Source: Gemmatimonadales bacterium (GTDB lineage Bacteria > Gemmatimonadota > Gemmatimonadetes > Gemmatimonadales > GWC2-71-9). Taken from it: 64,000 nt of DNA. The translations under genes and the position numbers were made by a program. The DNA lies in assembly GCA_036741715.1 (NCBI GenBank), contig DAINRR010000004.1:7123-71122 (forward strand), written 5' to 3'. The notes below the pieces were generated by a model. That model saw nothing but the letters and a program-made list of their open reading frames with translations, searched no databases and was not told the DNA's origin. Shown in pieces: positions 9,536-19,234 of the stretch. Each line of letters begins with the position of its first letter. The stretch's first letter is position 1.

Positions 9536-11049
9536 TACTGCCCCTGCCCTCCCTGCTGGTTCCCGCTGCCCGGGGCCGGCGCGCCCGGGGCGCCGGAGCC
9601 CGGATTGACCGGCATCGGTGCGGGTCCCGGCGACGGCTGCAGGCCGGGCTGCTGCATTGCGCCGGCGGTGGTATCGCTCGCCTGCTTCGCCTGGGCGATC
9701 TCGAGTCCGCGTGCCACGCCGCCCGGATGCACCTCGTACGAAAGGTTTTCCCGCAGCACCTGGCCCAGCGTCGCCGGAAGCCGGCGCAGCCTGACCTGCC
9801 CGGCCAGGAGCCGGTCGAAGTAGGTCTGGACCTTCATGGCGGCGATCTCCCGCCGCTGCTCGACGGAGATCGTGGAATCGCTCACATCGGCGCCGAGTCC
9901 CATCTCCGCCCGGAGCGAGTCGACCTCCGCCTGGTACTGCTGGCGCATCCCCTGCCACTCGATCGGCGTGAGGCCGATCCCCGCGGAGTCCGCCTGCCGG
10001 AGGATGAGGACGTTCTGCGCCACGGTGCGCGTGAACGTGGCGAGCTGCGAGTCCGGCAGCTGCCGGATCTGCATCTGGAACTGCGGCGGGATCTGGTCCA
10101 CCCAGCGCACGACGTCGCCGAGGGTGAGCTCACCATCCCGGAAGGTGGCGACGGTCTTCTTCGACTCGCGCGCCTTGTCGAGGTCCTCGAAGGCGTCGCG
10201 CAGCGCGCCGGCGGCCGACGACTTCACTTCGAGCTGGTTGGCGGTGGCGAGGCTGTCGATGTAGAGCGAGTCCAGCTGCCGCACGGCGAGGGCCTGCGCC
10301 GCCTGGCGGAGCCGGTCCCGCACGGCGCCCACCTCCGGTCGCTTGAGGAGGTGATAGCCGAACGGCGTCTCGATCGGGCCGGCGACCTGGCCGGGCGCGA
10401 GCGTCCATCCGGCGCTGTCGAACGCCGTGACGTACTGGCCCTTCGGCGCGGCGGGCAGAAATCCGTTGTCGCGCGCGCTCTGCGGATCCTTCGACAGCCG
10501 CTGCGCGAGCTGCCCGAAATCGGCGCCGCGATTGATCTGTGCGAGCGCGTTCTCGGCCTCGCGGCGCACGGCCGCGCGCTCCTCGGGCGTCGCGGTCTGC
10601 GGCGAGGGGAAGAGAATGTGCTGGAAGACGCGCACGTCGTCGCCGCCATAGACGCTGTCCACGTCGGCGTCGGTGAGCGCCGCGCGGCGCGACACGAGCG
10701 TATCGTGCCAGCGCTGCTCGCGCACCTCGGCGATGATCGGCCACAGCGCCGCGGCGACGGAGGCGGAGTCGTTCGGCAGCTTGCCTTCCGCGACGGCCTG
10801 GGCGAAGAGGGCGTAATCCACCCACATCGCGGTCACGAGGTTGGCCGCCTCGGTATTGAGCCGCACGTTCTTGGGACCGGCGAGGATCTCGCCGAGACGC
10901 TCGGGCGTGAGGGTCATGCTGCCCGCTTCGGCCGCGGTATCGGCGTGAGCGGAAAACGCGTCGCGGAAGTTCGAGCATCCCGCGGTCGCGAGCGCTCCTA
11001 CGATCACCAGCAGTCGGCGCATGCCATCTCCAGAAAAGGGGACCATCAT
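9535..11049 (-). CDS. Parvulin-type PPIase lipoprotein (PrsA/SurA-like) with Gly/Pro/Gln-rich C-terminal tail
   Basis: Lipobox LVIVGALATAGC. Rotamase domain VFQHILF...GADFGQLAQRLSKDPQSARDNGFL...GPIETPFGYHLLK. The ATG overlaps the mfd stop (ATGA). Confidence 0.85.
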   Translation of the reverse strand: MMVPFSGDGMRRLLVIVGALATAGCSNFRDAFSAHADTAAEAGSMTLTPERLGEILAGPKNVRLNTEAANLVTAMWVDYALFAQAVAEGKLPNDSASVAAALWPIIAEVREQRWHDTLVSRRAALTDADVDSVYGGDDVRVFQHILFPSPQTATPEERAAVRREAENALAQINRGADFGQLAQRLSKDPQSARDNGFLPAAPKGQYVTAFDSAGWTLAPGQVAGPIETPFGYHLLKRPEVGAVRDRLRQAAQALAVRQLDSLYIDSLATANQLEVKSSAAGALRDAFEDLDKARESKKTVATFRDGELTLGDVVRWVDQIPPQFQMQIRQLPDSQLATFTRTVAQNVLILRQADSAGIGLTPIEWQGMRQQYQAEVDSLRAEMGLGADVSDSTISVEQRREIAAMKVQTYFDRLLAGQVRLRRLPATLGQVLRENLSYEVHPGGVARGLEIAQAKQASDTTAGAMQQPGLQPSPGPAPMPVNPGSGAPGAPAPGSGNQQGGQGQ

Positions 11050-14000
11050 CGGCTGTGCTGCCCCGCCACCACCCGCAGTGCGCGAACGAGCGCGGGAACG
11101 ATCTCTTCGCCGCCGAGCCGCTCGAGCCGGAGCGACAGCGGAACGGTGCGGCGGACATCCGCCGCGAGCTGCACGTCGTCGAGGGCCGCGGAGAGCGCGG
11201 CCATCCGGGGCGTCGTACCGGCCCGGAAGGTGAGGCGCGCTTCGTTCCCCCGCACGAGAACGTGCTGCAGACCCAGCGCGGCGCCGAGCACGCGCAGCCG
11301 CGTCAGGTCCAGCAGCACCTTCGCTTCGTCCGGGAGTGGTCCGAACCGCTCGCGCAGCTCCTCGCCAAGCCTATCAATGTCGCCACTCGCCTCGGCCCGC
11401 GCCAGTCGCCGGTAGAGGTCGAGCTTGGCCTCGTCATCGGCGACATACGCCTCGGGAAGGTGCGCGGGCCGGTCGAGCACCACATCGGGCGGCACGGGCG
11501 CGTGCTTGCCCCCGCCCTGGCCGCGGAGCGCCGTCACCGTCTCCTCGAGCCAGCGCATGTAGAGATCGAAACCGACCGCGTGCGCGTGCCCCGACTGCTC
11601 GCTGCCGAGCAGGTTCCCCGCGCCGCGCAGCTCGAGGTCCTTCATGGCGATGCGGTATCCGGCGCCGAGCTCCGTGTGGTGCTCGAGCACCTTGAGCCGC
11701 TCCTCGGCGTCGGGGTCGATCATGTCGGGCACGAGGAGGTAGCAGTAGGCGCGGCGGTGGCTCCGGCCCACCCGGCCGCGCAGCTGATAGAGCTGGGCCA
11801 GCCCCATGCGGTGCGCGTCGTGGACCACCATCGTGTTCGCGTTCGGCACGTCGAGCCCGGATTCGACGATCATCGTGGTGACGAGAATGTCCACCTCACC
11901 CGACACGAAGCCCTGCATGACCCGCTCGAGCGCCTCGGCCGGCAGCTGGCCGTGCGCCACGCCGATCCGCGCGCGCGGCGCGAGCGAGCGCACCCGGGCG
12001 GCGATCGTCTCGATCGTCTCGATCCGGTTGTGCACGAGGAACGCCTGCCCGCCGCGGTCGAGCTCACGGGCGAACGCCTCCTCGAGGAGCCCGTCGTCCC
12101 ACGGCTCCACGAACGTGAGCACCGGGGAACGGTCGCGCGGCGCGGTCTCGATGAGCGCGAGGTCGCGCAGGCCGGCGAGCGAAAGGTGCAGCGTGCGGGG
12201 AATCGGCGTCGCCGTGAGCGTGAGGACGTCCACCTGCAGCCGCAGCTCCTTCAGCCGCTCCTTGTGCCGCACGCCGAAGCGATGCTCCTCGTCGACCACG
12301 AGAAGGCCGAGGTCCTTGAAGACGACGTCCTTGGACAGGAGGCGGTGGGTGCCGATGATGATGTCCGTCTGCCCGCCCGCGAGCCGCGCCAGCGCCTGCT
12401 TCTGTTCCTTCGGCGTGCGGAAGCGCGACAGCACCTCGACCCTGACCGGAAAGTCCGCCAGCCGCTCGCCGAAGGTCCGGCCATGCTGCTCGGCGAGGAT
12501 CGTGGTCGGGACGAGCACGGCGGCCTGCTTGCCGCCCTGCACGGCCTTGAACGCGGCGCGCACGGCGACTTCGGTCTTCCCGTACCCGACGTCGCCGACG
12601 AGCAGCCGGTCCATCGGCCGCGGCTGTTCCATGTCGCGCTTGATGCTCTCGGTCGCGGTGCGCTGGTCCGGCGTGTCCTCGTAGAGGAAGCTCGACTCGA
12701 GTTCGCGCTGCCACTTCGTGTCGGGCGGAAACGGGTAGCCGGCGGACACCGACCGCCGGGCGTACAGGTCGAGCAGCTCCGCCGCCATCTGGCGGATGGC
12801 CTGGCGGGTCCGTTCCCGCACCTTCGACCAGCTGGTGCCGCCGAGCTTGTGGAGCTTGGGCGGCGGGCGGTCCCCGTCGTCGCCGGCGGCACGGTAGCGT
12901 TCAAGCTGGTCGAGGCGGTAGAGCGGCACGTTGAGGCGGTCACCACCCTCGTATTCGACGATCGCGACCTCGAGCGTGCTCTCGCCCACCATGATCGTGT
13001 CGATGCCCCGGTAGATGCCGATGCCGTGATCGAGGTGCACGACGTAGTCGCCGAGCGCGAGCGTGCCGGTGGCCATGCCGGGCGCGGCTTCGCGGTAGCG
13101 CCGCGGCCGCCGGAGGCGGCGCGCCCGGCGGAAGATCTCGTGATCGGTGAGCACCCGGAGCGACGGAAGCACGAAGCCGCCATCGAGCGCCCCGACCGTG
13201 AGGGTCGCGTTGGACGTGCGCCGCCCGCCGTCCTCGAGCAACTCCTCCATGCGCTCGAGCTGGCCTTCATTGTCGCAGAGGATGAGCGTCGGTGGCGTGC
13301 CCGCGAGCAGTGCGCGCAGCCGTGCCAGGTCGCGGTCGACGCGCTCGGGTGGAAAGAACCCCATCTGCAGGTCGGCGGTCTCGTCGCGCAGGGCGAGGCG
13401 CGGAAACGCCGCGATCCGCCGGCCCCACGCATCCGGCTCCTCGAGGATCTCCTCGCGGGCCGGCACATCCTCACCGAGGCGGCGCGCGATCTCGAGGTGA
13501 TGCGCCGCCTCGTTCCAGGCACGGAGCACTTCGTCCAGGTCCGGCCCCGTCGCCTCCTCGATGAGCAGCGCGTCGGGCGGGAGGAGGTCGAGGAGCGTGC
13601 GGCGGGAGGCGGACGAGGCAGACGAGGCGGACGCGGCGGACGAGGCGGATGCGGCGGACGAGGCGGATGCGGCGGACGAGGCGGACGCCCGGATCGGCAG
13701 CACCGTCACCTCGCCCATCTCCTCCTGCGAGCGCTGCGTCGTGAGATCGAAGGCGCGGAGCGAGGAGATCTCGTCGCCCCACCATTCGAGGCGGGCGGGC
13801 GCCGCCATGCCGAAACCATATACGTCGAGGATGCCGCCGCGCACGCTGAACTCGGCGACTTCCGTCACCGTCGCGACGCGCGTATAGCCCATCGCCTCGA
13901 GCCGGTGCGCCAGCTGACCCGGCGGCAGCTCCGCGCCGACCGCGAGACGCACCCGCAGCTGCTCTACGGCGGCCGGTACGAGCGTCCGCTCGGCGGTGGC

Positions 14001-14369
14001 GCGCGCGGTGGTCACGAGCATCGCGAGCCGCCCCGAGAGCAGCGCTTCGATCGTCTCCGCGCGCTCCCCGGCGATCTCGTAGTGCGGCTCCTCCTCGCCG
14101 AGCGCCTCGCGCTGCGGATAGAGCGCGACCGGCACCCCGGCGAGCAGCGCGAGATCCGCGATCCACCGTTCCGCCTCTCCGGGCGTCGGTGCCACCACCA
14201 CGATCATCCGCTGCGGTGCGTGGCGCGCGATCCACGCAGCCACCGCGGCGCCGCTCGAGCCGGGCAACCCGCCAAGTCGCAGCAGACTGCCTCGCCCGGG
14301 CAGGCGCTCCGCGAGCGCCTGAACCGACGGCGCCCGCCCGACCGCATCCAGCACGCGATCCAGGCTCAT
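11046..14369 (-). CDS. mfd: Transcription-repair coupling factor
   Basis: 1107 aa from ATG 14369. This start overlaps the upstream stop (ATGA) and begins MSLDRVLDAVGRAP.... It has an RNAP-interacting region, helicase motifs LLVGDVGYGKTEVA, VVDEEHRFGV and TATPIPRTL, and a TRG-like region LYQLRGRVGRS. The 313-aa N-terminal extension in the track ORF is rejected. Confidence 0.95.
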   Translation of the reverse strand: MSLDRVLDAVGRAPSVQALAERLPGRGSLLRLGGLPGSSGAAVAAWIARHAPQRMIVVVAPTPGEAERWIADLALLAGVPVALYPQREALGEEEPHYEIAGERAETIEALLSGRLAMLVTTARATAERTLVPAAVEQLRVRLAVGAELPPGQLAHRLEAMGYTRVATVTEVAEFSVRGGILDVYGFGMAAPARLEWWGDEISSLRAFDLTTQRSQEEMGEVTVLPIRASASSAASASSAASASSAASASSASSASRRTLLDLLPPDALLIEEATGPDLDEVLRAWNEAAHHLEIARRLGEDVPAREEILEEPDAWGRRIAAFPRLALRDETADLQMGFFPPERVDRDLARLRALLAGTPPTLILCDNEGQLERMEELLEDGGRRTSNATLTVGALDGGFVLPSLRVLTDHEIFRRARRLRRPRRYREAAPGMATGTLALGDYVVHLDHGIGIYRGIDTIMVGESTLEVAIVEYEGGDRLNVPLYRLDQLERYRAAGDDGDRPPPKLHKLGGTSWSKVRERTRQAIRQMAAELLDLYARRSVSAGYPFPPDTKWQRELESSFLYEDTPDQRTATESIKRDMEQPRPMDRLLVGDVGYGKTEVAVRAAFKAVQGGKQAAVLVPTTILAEQHGRTFGERLADFPVRVEVLSRFRTPKEQKQALARLAGGQTDIIIGTHRLLSKDVVFKDLGLLVVDEEHRFGVRHKERLKELRLQVDVLTLTATPIPRTLHLSLAGLRDLALIETAPRDRSPVLTFVEPWDDGLLEEAFARELDRGGQAFLVHNRIETIETIAARVRSLAPRARIGVAHGQLPAEALERVMQGFVSGEVDILVTTMIVESGLDVPNANTMVVHDAHRMGLAQLYQLRGRVGRSHRRAYCYLLVPDMIDPDAEERLKVLEHHTELGAGYRIAMKDLELRGAGNLLGSEQSGHAHAVGFDLYMRWLEETVTALRGQGGGKHAPVPPDVVLDRPAHLPEAYVADDEAKLDLYRRLARAEASGDIDRLGEELRERFGPLPDEAKVLLDLTRLRVLGAALGLQHVLVRGNEARLTFRAGTTPRMAALSAALDDVQLAADVRRTVPLSLRLERLGGEEIVPALVRALRVVAGQHSR
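13603..13690 (-). repeat. In-frame 18-bp tandem repeat inside mfd encoding a Ser/Ala run
   Basis: The plus strand reads ...gcggcggacgaggcggat gcggcggacgaggcggat gcggcggacgaggcggac..., with degenerate 9-bp subunits upstream. It translates on the minus strand to ASASSAASASSAASASSAASASSASSAS. Confidence 0.9.
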
Positions 14370-16150
14370 GCGCTCCTCCGCCACCAGCTCGCCAGGAAGA
14401 CCTCGGCGAGGCCGAAGAGGATGGCGGCCACGATGAGCGGGCCACGAAGATCGCCGCGAGCCCCGGAGGAAAAGGTCGCCGCCGCGGCTTCGGCGAGCGG
14501 CACTACGCGCGAGCCGGGCCACAGCTCGCGCAGCTGGCGGTCCGCGGCAGGCGCCAGGCGGGACTCCCTCACATCGACGCCGACACTGAGCGCGCCGATC
14601 GTGTCGCGGCCCGCCAGGATGAAGTGCACCCCCGGCTCGACGGCGCGGAATAGTCCGCCGCCGTCGACGCGCCAGGTGCGCTCGGCGTGATGAATCTCGG
14701 TGGCGAGATCGGGGAGCTCGGCCGGCTCGCCCGGGACACCCTCCACGAGTGCCACCTCGCCGCGCGCGACGCGGTTGAGCAGCCGGTCCATGAACGGCAT
14801 GAACTCGGCGGAGACCGGGAGTGTGGTCCAGTCGGGCTCGAGGCGGCTGCCGAGCAGCACGAGATCGCCGCTCCGGACGATCCATGGTGCTCCGGCGGCG
14901 GTGGCGAGTACCCCGGTGCGACCGCTGCCCGACGACACGAGCGTATAGCGCCGCAGCACGCGATGGGCACCGAGGAACGCGCTGCTGTCGCTGATGACGG
15001 GCTCCGCGCGGAGCTCGCCGTATCGCCACGACGAGCCGCGGCGCTCGAGCGAGCGGTTGAGGGCACCGAGCTCGGCGACATCCGCCGGCGGCAGGACGAC
15101 CGACGCCGCGGGTCCGGGACGCCCGATCGTGACCTCCGTGCCACGGCCGATGCGGCCATTCCCTGCCAGCACGTCGCAGGCGGCGATCACATGGCGCCCC
15201 GACGCACCGCAATCGGCGCGCGCGACCGGCGCGATCCGGATCACGGTCTCGCGCCTGTCGTCGAGGCGGAACTCGTCGGCGTCGAGCTCGGCGATCGCAT
15301 TCCACCACCCCGCCGGGGCGCCCGGCAGGTTCACCGTGGCCGCCGCGCCGGGCGTACCGAGCGCCTGGCGCGGCGGCCGCCCGCCGAGCCGCGCCGACAC
15401 CGGCACGGTGAGACCCGAATCGCCGGCAAGCGAAATGACGACCCGGCCACCGTCCGAAGACCAGGGCTGCGGACCGGTTGCCAGCGAAGCAATTCCGGCG
15501 TTCGGCGGCGGATCACCGGGGACGCGGGCCGCGATGACCGGCGGCCGGATCGTCGCCGCGGTGAGACCGCTCGCCTGGAGGTCCGACAGCACGAGGACCT
15601 CGCCCGGCCGCGGCTCGCTCGCGAGCACCTCGCCGGCGAGGGAGACGGCGGCGCCGACGTCGAGCCTGGCCGGAGACGGCTGCACGCTGTCCACGATCGC
15701 GCCGAGTGTCGCGACGTCGCCGCGGCGGGGAACCCCGTCCGCGGTGATGAGCCAGAGCGCGTCCTCCGCGCTCGCGCGGGCAAGCGCGCCGCGCGCGGCA
15801 TTGCGCAGCTGCGCGAGGCGCGGCGTGCCGTCGGTGACCGCCGCGCTGCTCGCGCTATTGTCGAGAATCACGACGAGCGCGCTCGGCGCATGGCCGGGGA
15901 CGCCCGTCAGCCTGATGGTCGGCCCCGCGGCGGCCAGCACGATCGCGACGATCACGAGCGTGCGCAGGAGGAGGAGCAGCCAGTTCTGCAGCTTGAGCCG
16001 CTTCTGATGCTCCTGCGTGGTCGTGAGCAGGTAGCGGACGGCCGGAAAGACGATCGTGGGCGGCTGGCGCCGCGCGATCAGATGGAGGAGAATGGGAATC
16101 CCGGCAGCGACGAGCCCCGCCAGGACCCAGGGATGAAGAAACGCGATCAT
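14366..16150 (-). CDS. BatA-like membrane protein (N-terminal double-TM aerotolerance-type domain + degenerate vWA-like region)
   Basis: The start MIAFLHPWVLAGLVAAGIPILLHLIARRQPP... matches the BatA_N / two-anchor signature. A DxSxS-like LVVILDNSASS follows. The ATG overlaps the DUF58 stop and its own stop overlaps the mfd ATG (both ATGA). Confidence 0.75.
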   Translation of the reverse strand: MIAFLHPWVLAGLVAAGIPILLHLIARRQPPTIVFPAVRYLLTTTQEHQKRLKLQNWLLLLLRTLVIVAIVLAAAGPTIRLTGVPGHAPSALVVILDNSASSAAVTDGTPRLAQLRNAARGALARASAEDALWLITADGVPRRGDVATLGAIVDSVQPSPARLDVGAAVSLAGEVLASEPRPGEVLVLSDLQASGLTAATIRPPVIAARVPGDPPPNAGIASLATGPQPWSSDGGRVVISLAGDSGLTVPVSARLGGRPPRQALGTPGAAATVNLPGAPAGWWNAIAELDADEFRLDDRRETVIRIAPVARADCGASGRHVIAACDVLAGNGRIGRGTEVTIGRPGPAASVVLPPADVAELGALNRSLERRGSSWRYGELRAEPVISDSSAFLGAHRVLRRYTLVSSGSGRTGVLATAAGAPWIVRSGDLVLLGSRLEPDWTTLPVSAEFMPFMDRLLNRVARGEVALVEGVPGEPAELPDLATEIHHAERTWRVDGGGLFRAVEPGVHFILAGRDTIGALSVGVDVRESRLAPAADRQLRELWPGSRVVPLAEAAAATFSSGARGDLRGPLIVAAILFGLAEVFLASWWRRSA

Positions 16151-17112
16151 CGGCCCCGGCCCGACGGGGCAAGGGCCTCGCGCAGCACCTCGCCGAACGG
16201 CGTCCTGGTGAGCACGCGGTGGTACCCGATTCCCTGCCGGCGGCATGCGGCCCGCCACTCGGCGACCACGTCGCTGACCGTCCGCTCGTACGCCGCCGCC
16301 CAGTCGCGCGGGCGCAGGACTACCGCGGCCCGGGTCTCCGGATCCTCGAATCGCGCTTCGGCGGGGCCGCTCAGCGTGGCCTCCCCCGGGTCCATGATAT
16401 GAAGGACGAGCACCTGGTGGCCGCGGTGACGAAGGAACCGGAGGGCCGAGAGAGCCAGGTCCCGGTCGAGCAGGAGGTCGGAGACGAAGATGACCAGTCC
16501 CCGGCGCCGCAGCTGGTCCACCACGCGCCTGAGCGCCGGCTCGGCCGCGGTTCCCATCCCTGCCTCGACGGCGGCGAGCTCCTGCAGCAGGAGGTGCCAG
16601 TGGCTGTTCCGGGCGCGCGGCGGCGTCACGCTCCGGACGTCGTCGTCGAACGTGATGAGCCCGGTGGCATCCCGCTGCCGGACGAGGAGCAGTGACAGCG
16701 CGGCGATGAGCCGCTTGGCGTATTCGAGCTTGGAGAGGAGTGTCGCGGGATCGCCGGTCCAGGCCATGGAGCGCGACGCGTCGAGCACGACCATGGCGCG
16801 CAGGTTGGTTTCTTCCTCGAACTGCTTGACGTAGAGGCGATCGTTCCGGCCAAGTATCTTCCAGTCGACGTAGCGCAGCTCGTCTCCCGGCTGGTACATG
16901 CGATGTTCCGCGAATTCGACCGAAAAGCCCCTCCGGGGGGAGCGGTGGAGGCCCGTCAGGAAGCCTTCCACGACGCCGCGTGTCGTCACCTCGATACCGC
17001 CGAGTCGCGATACTTCGTAGGGATCGAGGAGATCGAGCCTGGCGCGGTCTCGCGGAGCGGAAACTGATGGCATCGGGGCCGCAACGTATCCGGTGAGCGC
17101 AGGGGAAGTCAA
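16147..17112 (-). CDS. DUF58 family protein (MoxR/vWA-associated)
   Basis: GFSVEFAEHRMYQPGDELRYVDWKILGRNDRLYVKQFEEETNLRAMVVLDASRSM is the DUF58 core. The start could also be the internal Met at 17073. Confidence 0.85.
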   Translation of the reverse strand: MTSPALTGYVAAPMPSVSAPRDRARLDLLDPYEVSRLGGIEVTTRGVVEGFLTGLHRSPRRGFSVEFAEHRMYQPGDELRYVDWKILGRNDRLYVKQFEEETNLRAMVVLDASRSMAWTGDPATLLSKLEYAKRLIAALSLLLVRQRDATGLITFDDDVRSVTPPRARNSHWHLLLQELAAVEAGMGTAAEPALRRVVDQLRRRGLVIFVSDLLLDRDLALSALRFLRHRGHQVLVLHIMDPGEATLSGPAEARFEDPETRAAVVLRPRDWAAAYERTVSDVVAEWRAACRRQGIGYHRVLTRTPFGEVLREALAPSGRGR

Positions 17113-17275
17113 CGCGGCCGGATGCGTCTACCTCCGGGGACGGACGCGCGGGAGCGGCGCGCCCTCTGATTTGCTAAGCTGTTCGGGCGGAATACGTTGT
17201 CGATGGCGGTCCGCGTGGCACACGGCGTGCGGAGCTGGCCCTGGTCCGTTACGTCATCGCCTGTTCGGAGGTTTC

Positions 17276-17566
17276 ATGGCCCGTATCACCTCGCTCCTGC
17301 TGCTCGGCGGCATGCTCTGCACTCCGCTCGCCGCAGGCCTGGCCCAGGACCGGGAGCGCCCGGCGCCGCGGCGGGAATCGGCGGCCCCGGAGCGCCCCCC
17401 GCGCGTCGAGTCACCGCGGGCCGAGCCGCGCCGTGAGGCGGAGCGCCCGCGCCCTGAGCGGGTCGAGCCTCGCCGGGATGCACCGGCGGAGCGGCGCGAG
17501 AGCACCCCTCCCCGCAGCACGGGTGAGCCCGAGCTCCGTCGCCGCCGGGGAGACAAGCCGGATTGA
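17276..17566 (+). CDS. Small secreted Arg/Glu/Pro-repeat protein, unknown function
   Basis: GGAGG lies 5 nt upstream of ATG 17276. Signal peptide MARITSLLLLGGMLCTPLAAGLAQ. The mature part is low-complexity (ERPAPRRESAAPERPPRVESPRAEPRREAERPRPERVEPRRD...). GC3-rich codons. Confidence 0.55.
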   Translation: MARITSLLLLGGMLCTPLAAGLAQDRERPAPRRESAAPERPPRVESPRAEPRREAERPRPERVEPRRDAPAERRESTPPRSTGEPELRRRRGDKPD

Positions 17567-17651
17567 AACAGTCGCGGACGGCCCTGCGTACCTTGGCATG
17601 GCAGTCGGGGCGGAACCGGGGCACCTCTTTTCCTCAACACAGCCAGGATCG

Positions 17652-19232
17652 ATGACCACGATCAGATCGTTCGGAGCCGCAGCGCTGTTCACCCTCGCGG
17701 CCGCGCCGCTCGCCGCGCAGATGCAGAACGGGTCCGCCGCGGTGACCCGCGCCGCGGCCACGATCACCGAGGCCGATGTGGCCCGGCGCATCAACATCAT
17801 CGCGCACGACTCGATGATGGGCCGCGATACGCCGAGCCGCGGGCTCGAGCTCACGGCGCAGTACATCGCGGACGAGTTCAAGCGGCTCGGGCTCAAGCCA
17901 GGTGGGGAGAACGGGACCTACTTCCAGCGCTATCCCATCCGGACGGTGATACTCGATGTCGCAGGGTCGCACGTCGGGTTCATGTTCGGCGGGAAGCACC
18001 TGCATGCGGAATTTGCGAAGGACGCGCGGCACCTCGGAGGTCCGGTACCCGAGGCGGAGGTCGGCGGTCCGGCAGTCGTATTGGCGAACCTCACCGACCC
18101 GAAGTCGGTGGACGCCGCGGTGATTCGAGGCAAAGTGGTGCTCTGGGTGGTCGACACCAAGAAGCCTGCAGGGCCATCGCTGCGAGCCATTTCCCAAGCC
18201 GTTGCCGCCTCCGGGCCGAAGGCGATCGTGCAGATCACCAACGCCGACTCCGTTCCGTTCTCCCGTTCCGTGAGCAACCGGGCCCGCCCGCGGCCCGTGC
18301 TGGGTGGGCAGCCGACCGGCCTCGCTGCGGTGACCCACGTTGAAGTGCACGAGCGGGTGGTCGGCGAAGTATTCGCGAGCGCCAACACGAGCGTGGCGGA
18401 GATCCGCGCGTCCGCGACACCGGTGCTCCGTCCGCTCGAGGGCGTCACCGTGATGGTGGACATGAAGGCCGATACGAAGGAAGCCAGCGCCCCGAACACC
18501 ATCGGCATCCTCGAGGGCTCGGACCCGACGCTCAGGAACGAGTACCTCGTCTTCACCGCGCACATGGATCACGACGGAACCGGGCGGCCGAAGGCGGGCA
18601 CCACCGACAGCATCTGGAACGGCGCCGACGACGACGCCTCCGGCACGGTCGGCATCGTCGAGCTCGCCGAGGCGTTCGCGCAGCAGGGCGCACGGCCGAA
18701 GCGCTCGATCATCTTCATGACCGTGAGCGGCGAGGAGAAGGGGCTCTGGGGAAGCCGCTGGTTCAGTGATCACCCCACCGTGCCGCTCGCCAGCATGGTC
18801 GCGAACTTCAACCTCGACATGATCGGCCGCAATTCCGGCAAGTCGAAGGGCGACGTGAAGCAGTGGAGCGACACGATCGTCGTGATCGGCAAGGAGCACT
18901 CGGACCTCGGCACCACGCTCAACCGCGTGAATGCCGCCCATCCCGAGCTCCGGATGAACGCCATCGACGACATCTGGCCGGAAGAGAACTTCTACCGCCG
19001 GTCCGACCACTTCAACTTCGCGCGCAAGGGCGTGCCGATTCTCTTCTTCTTCAACGGCACGCACGAGGACTACCACCAGCCCTCGGATTCGCCCGACAAG
19101 ATCGATGCGGAGAAGGAGTCGCGCATCCTCAAGCTCCTGTACTTCCTCGGCCAGGACATCGGCAACGCCGCTCAGCGCCCGCAGTGGAAGCCGGAGAGCT
19201 ACAAGGAGATCGTGGAAGCGCCGACGTCGTAG
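17652..19232 (+). CDS. M28 family metallo-aminopeptidase with PA domain, secreted
   Basis: Signal peptide MTTIRSFGAAALFTLAAAPLAAQ. M28 motifs FTAHMDHDG, GADDDASGTVGIVELAEAF, SGEEKGLWGSRWF, NLDMIG and HEDYHQPSD. Confidence 0.9.
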   Translation: MTTIRSFGAAALFTLAAAPLAAQMQNGSAAVTRAAATITEADVARRINIIAHDSMMGRDTPSRGLELTAQYIADEFKRLGLKPGGENGTYFQRYPIRTVILDVAGSHVGFMFGGKHLHAEFAKDARHLGGPVPEAEVGGPAVVLANLTDPKSVDAAVIRGKVVLWVVDTKKPAGPSLRAISQAVAASGPKAIVQITNADSVPFSRSVSNRARPRPVLGGQPTGLAAVTHVEVHERVVGEVFASANTSVAEIRASATPVLRPLEGVTVMVDMKADTKEASAPNTIGILEGSDPTLRNEYLVFTAHMDHDGTGRPKAGTTDSIWNGADDDASGTVGIVELAEAFAQQGARPKRSIIFMTVSGEEKGLWGSRWFSDHPTVPLASMVANFNLDMIGRNSGKSKGDVKQWSDTIVVIGKEHSDLGTTLNRVNAAHPELRMNAIDDIWPEENFYRRSDHFNFARKGVPILFFFNGTHEDYHQPSDSPDKIDAEKESRILKLLYFLGQDIGNAAQRPQWKPESYKEIVEAPTS

Positions 19233-19234
19233 CT

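Noticed and set aside
14370-15308. 313-aa N-terminal extension of the mfd ORF. Similar 5' extensions occur on typA (to 5034), surA (to 9958), uvrA (45022-45114), EamA (from 45858), ftsE, envC, nfo and the ROK kinase.
   Set aside because: The extensions are Arg-rich and low complexity and overlap the real upstream gene in another frame. The conserved N-termini start at internal ATG/GTG codons, which also form ATGA/GTGA/TGATG junctions with the upstream stop.
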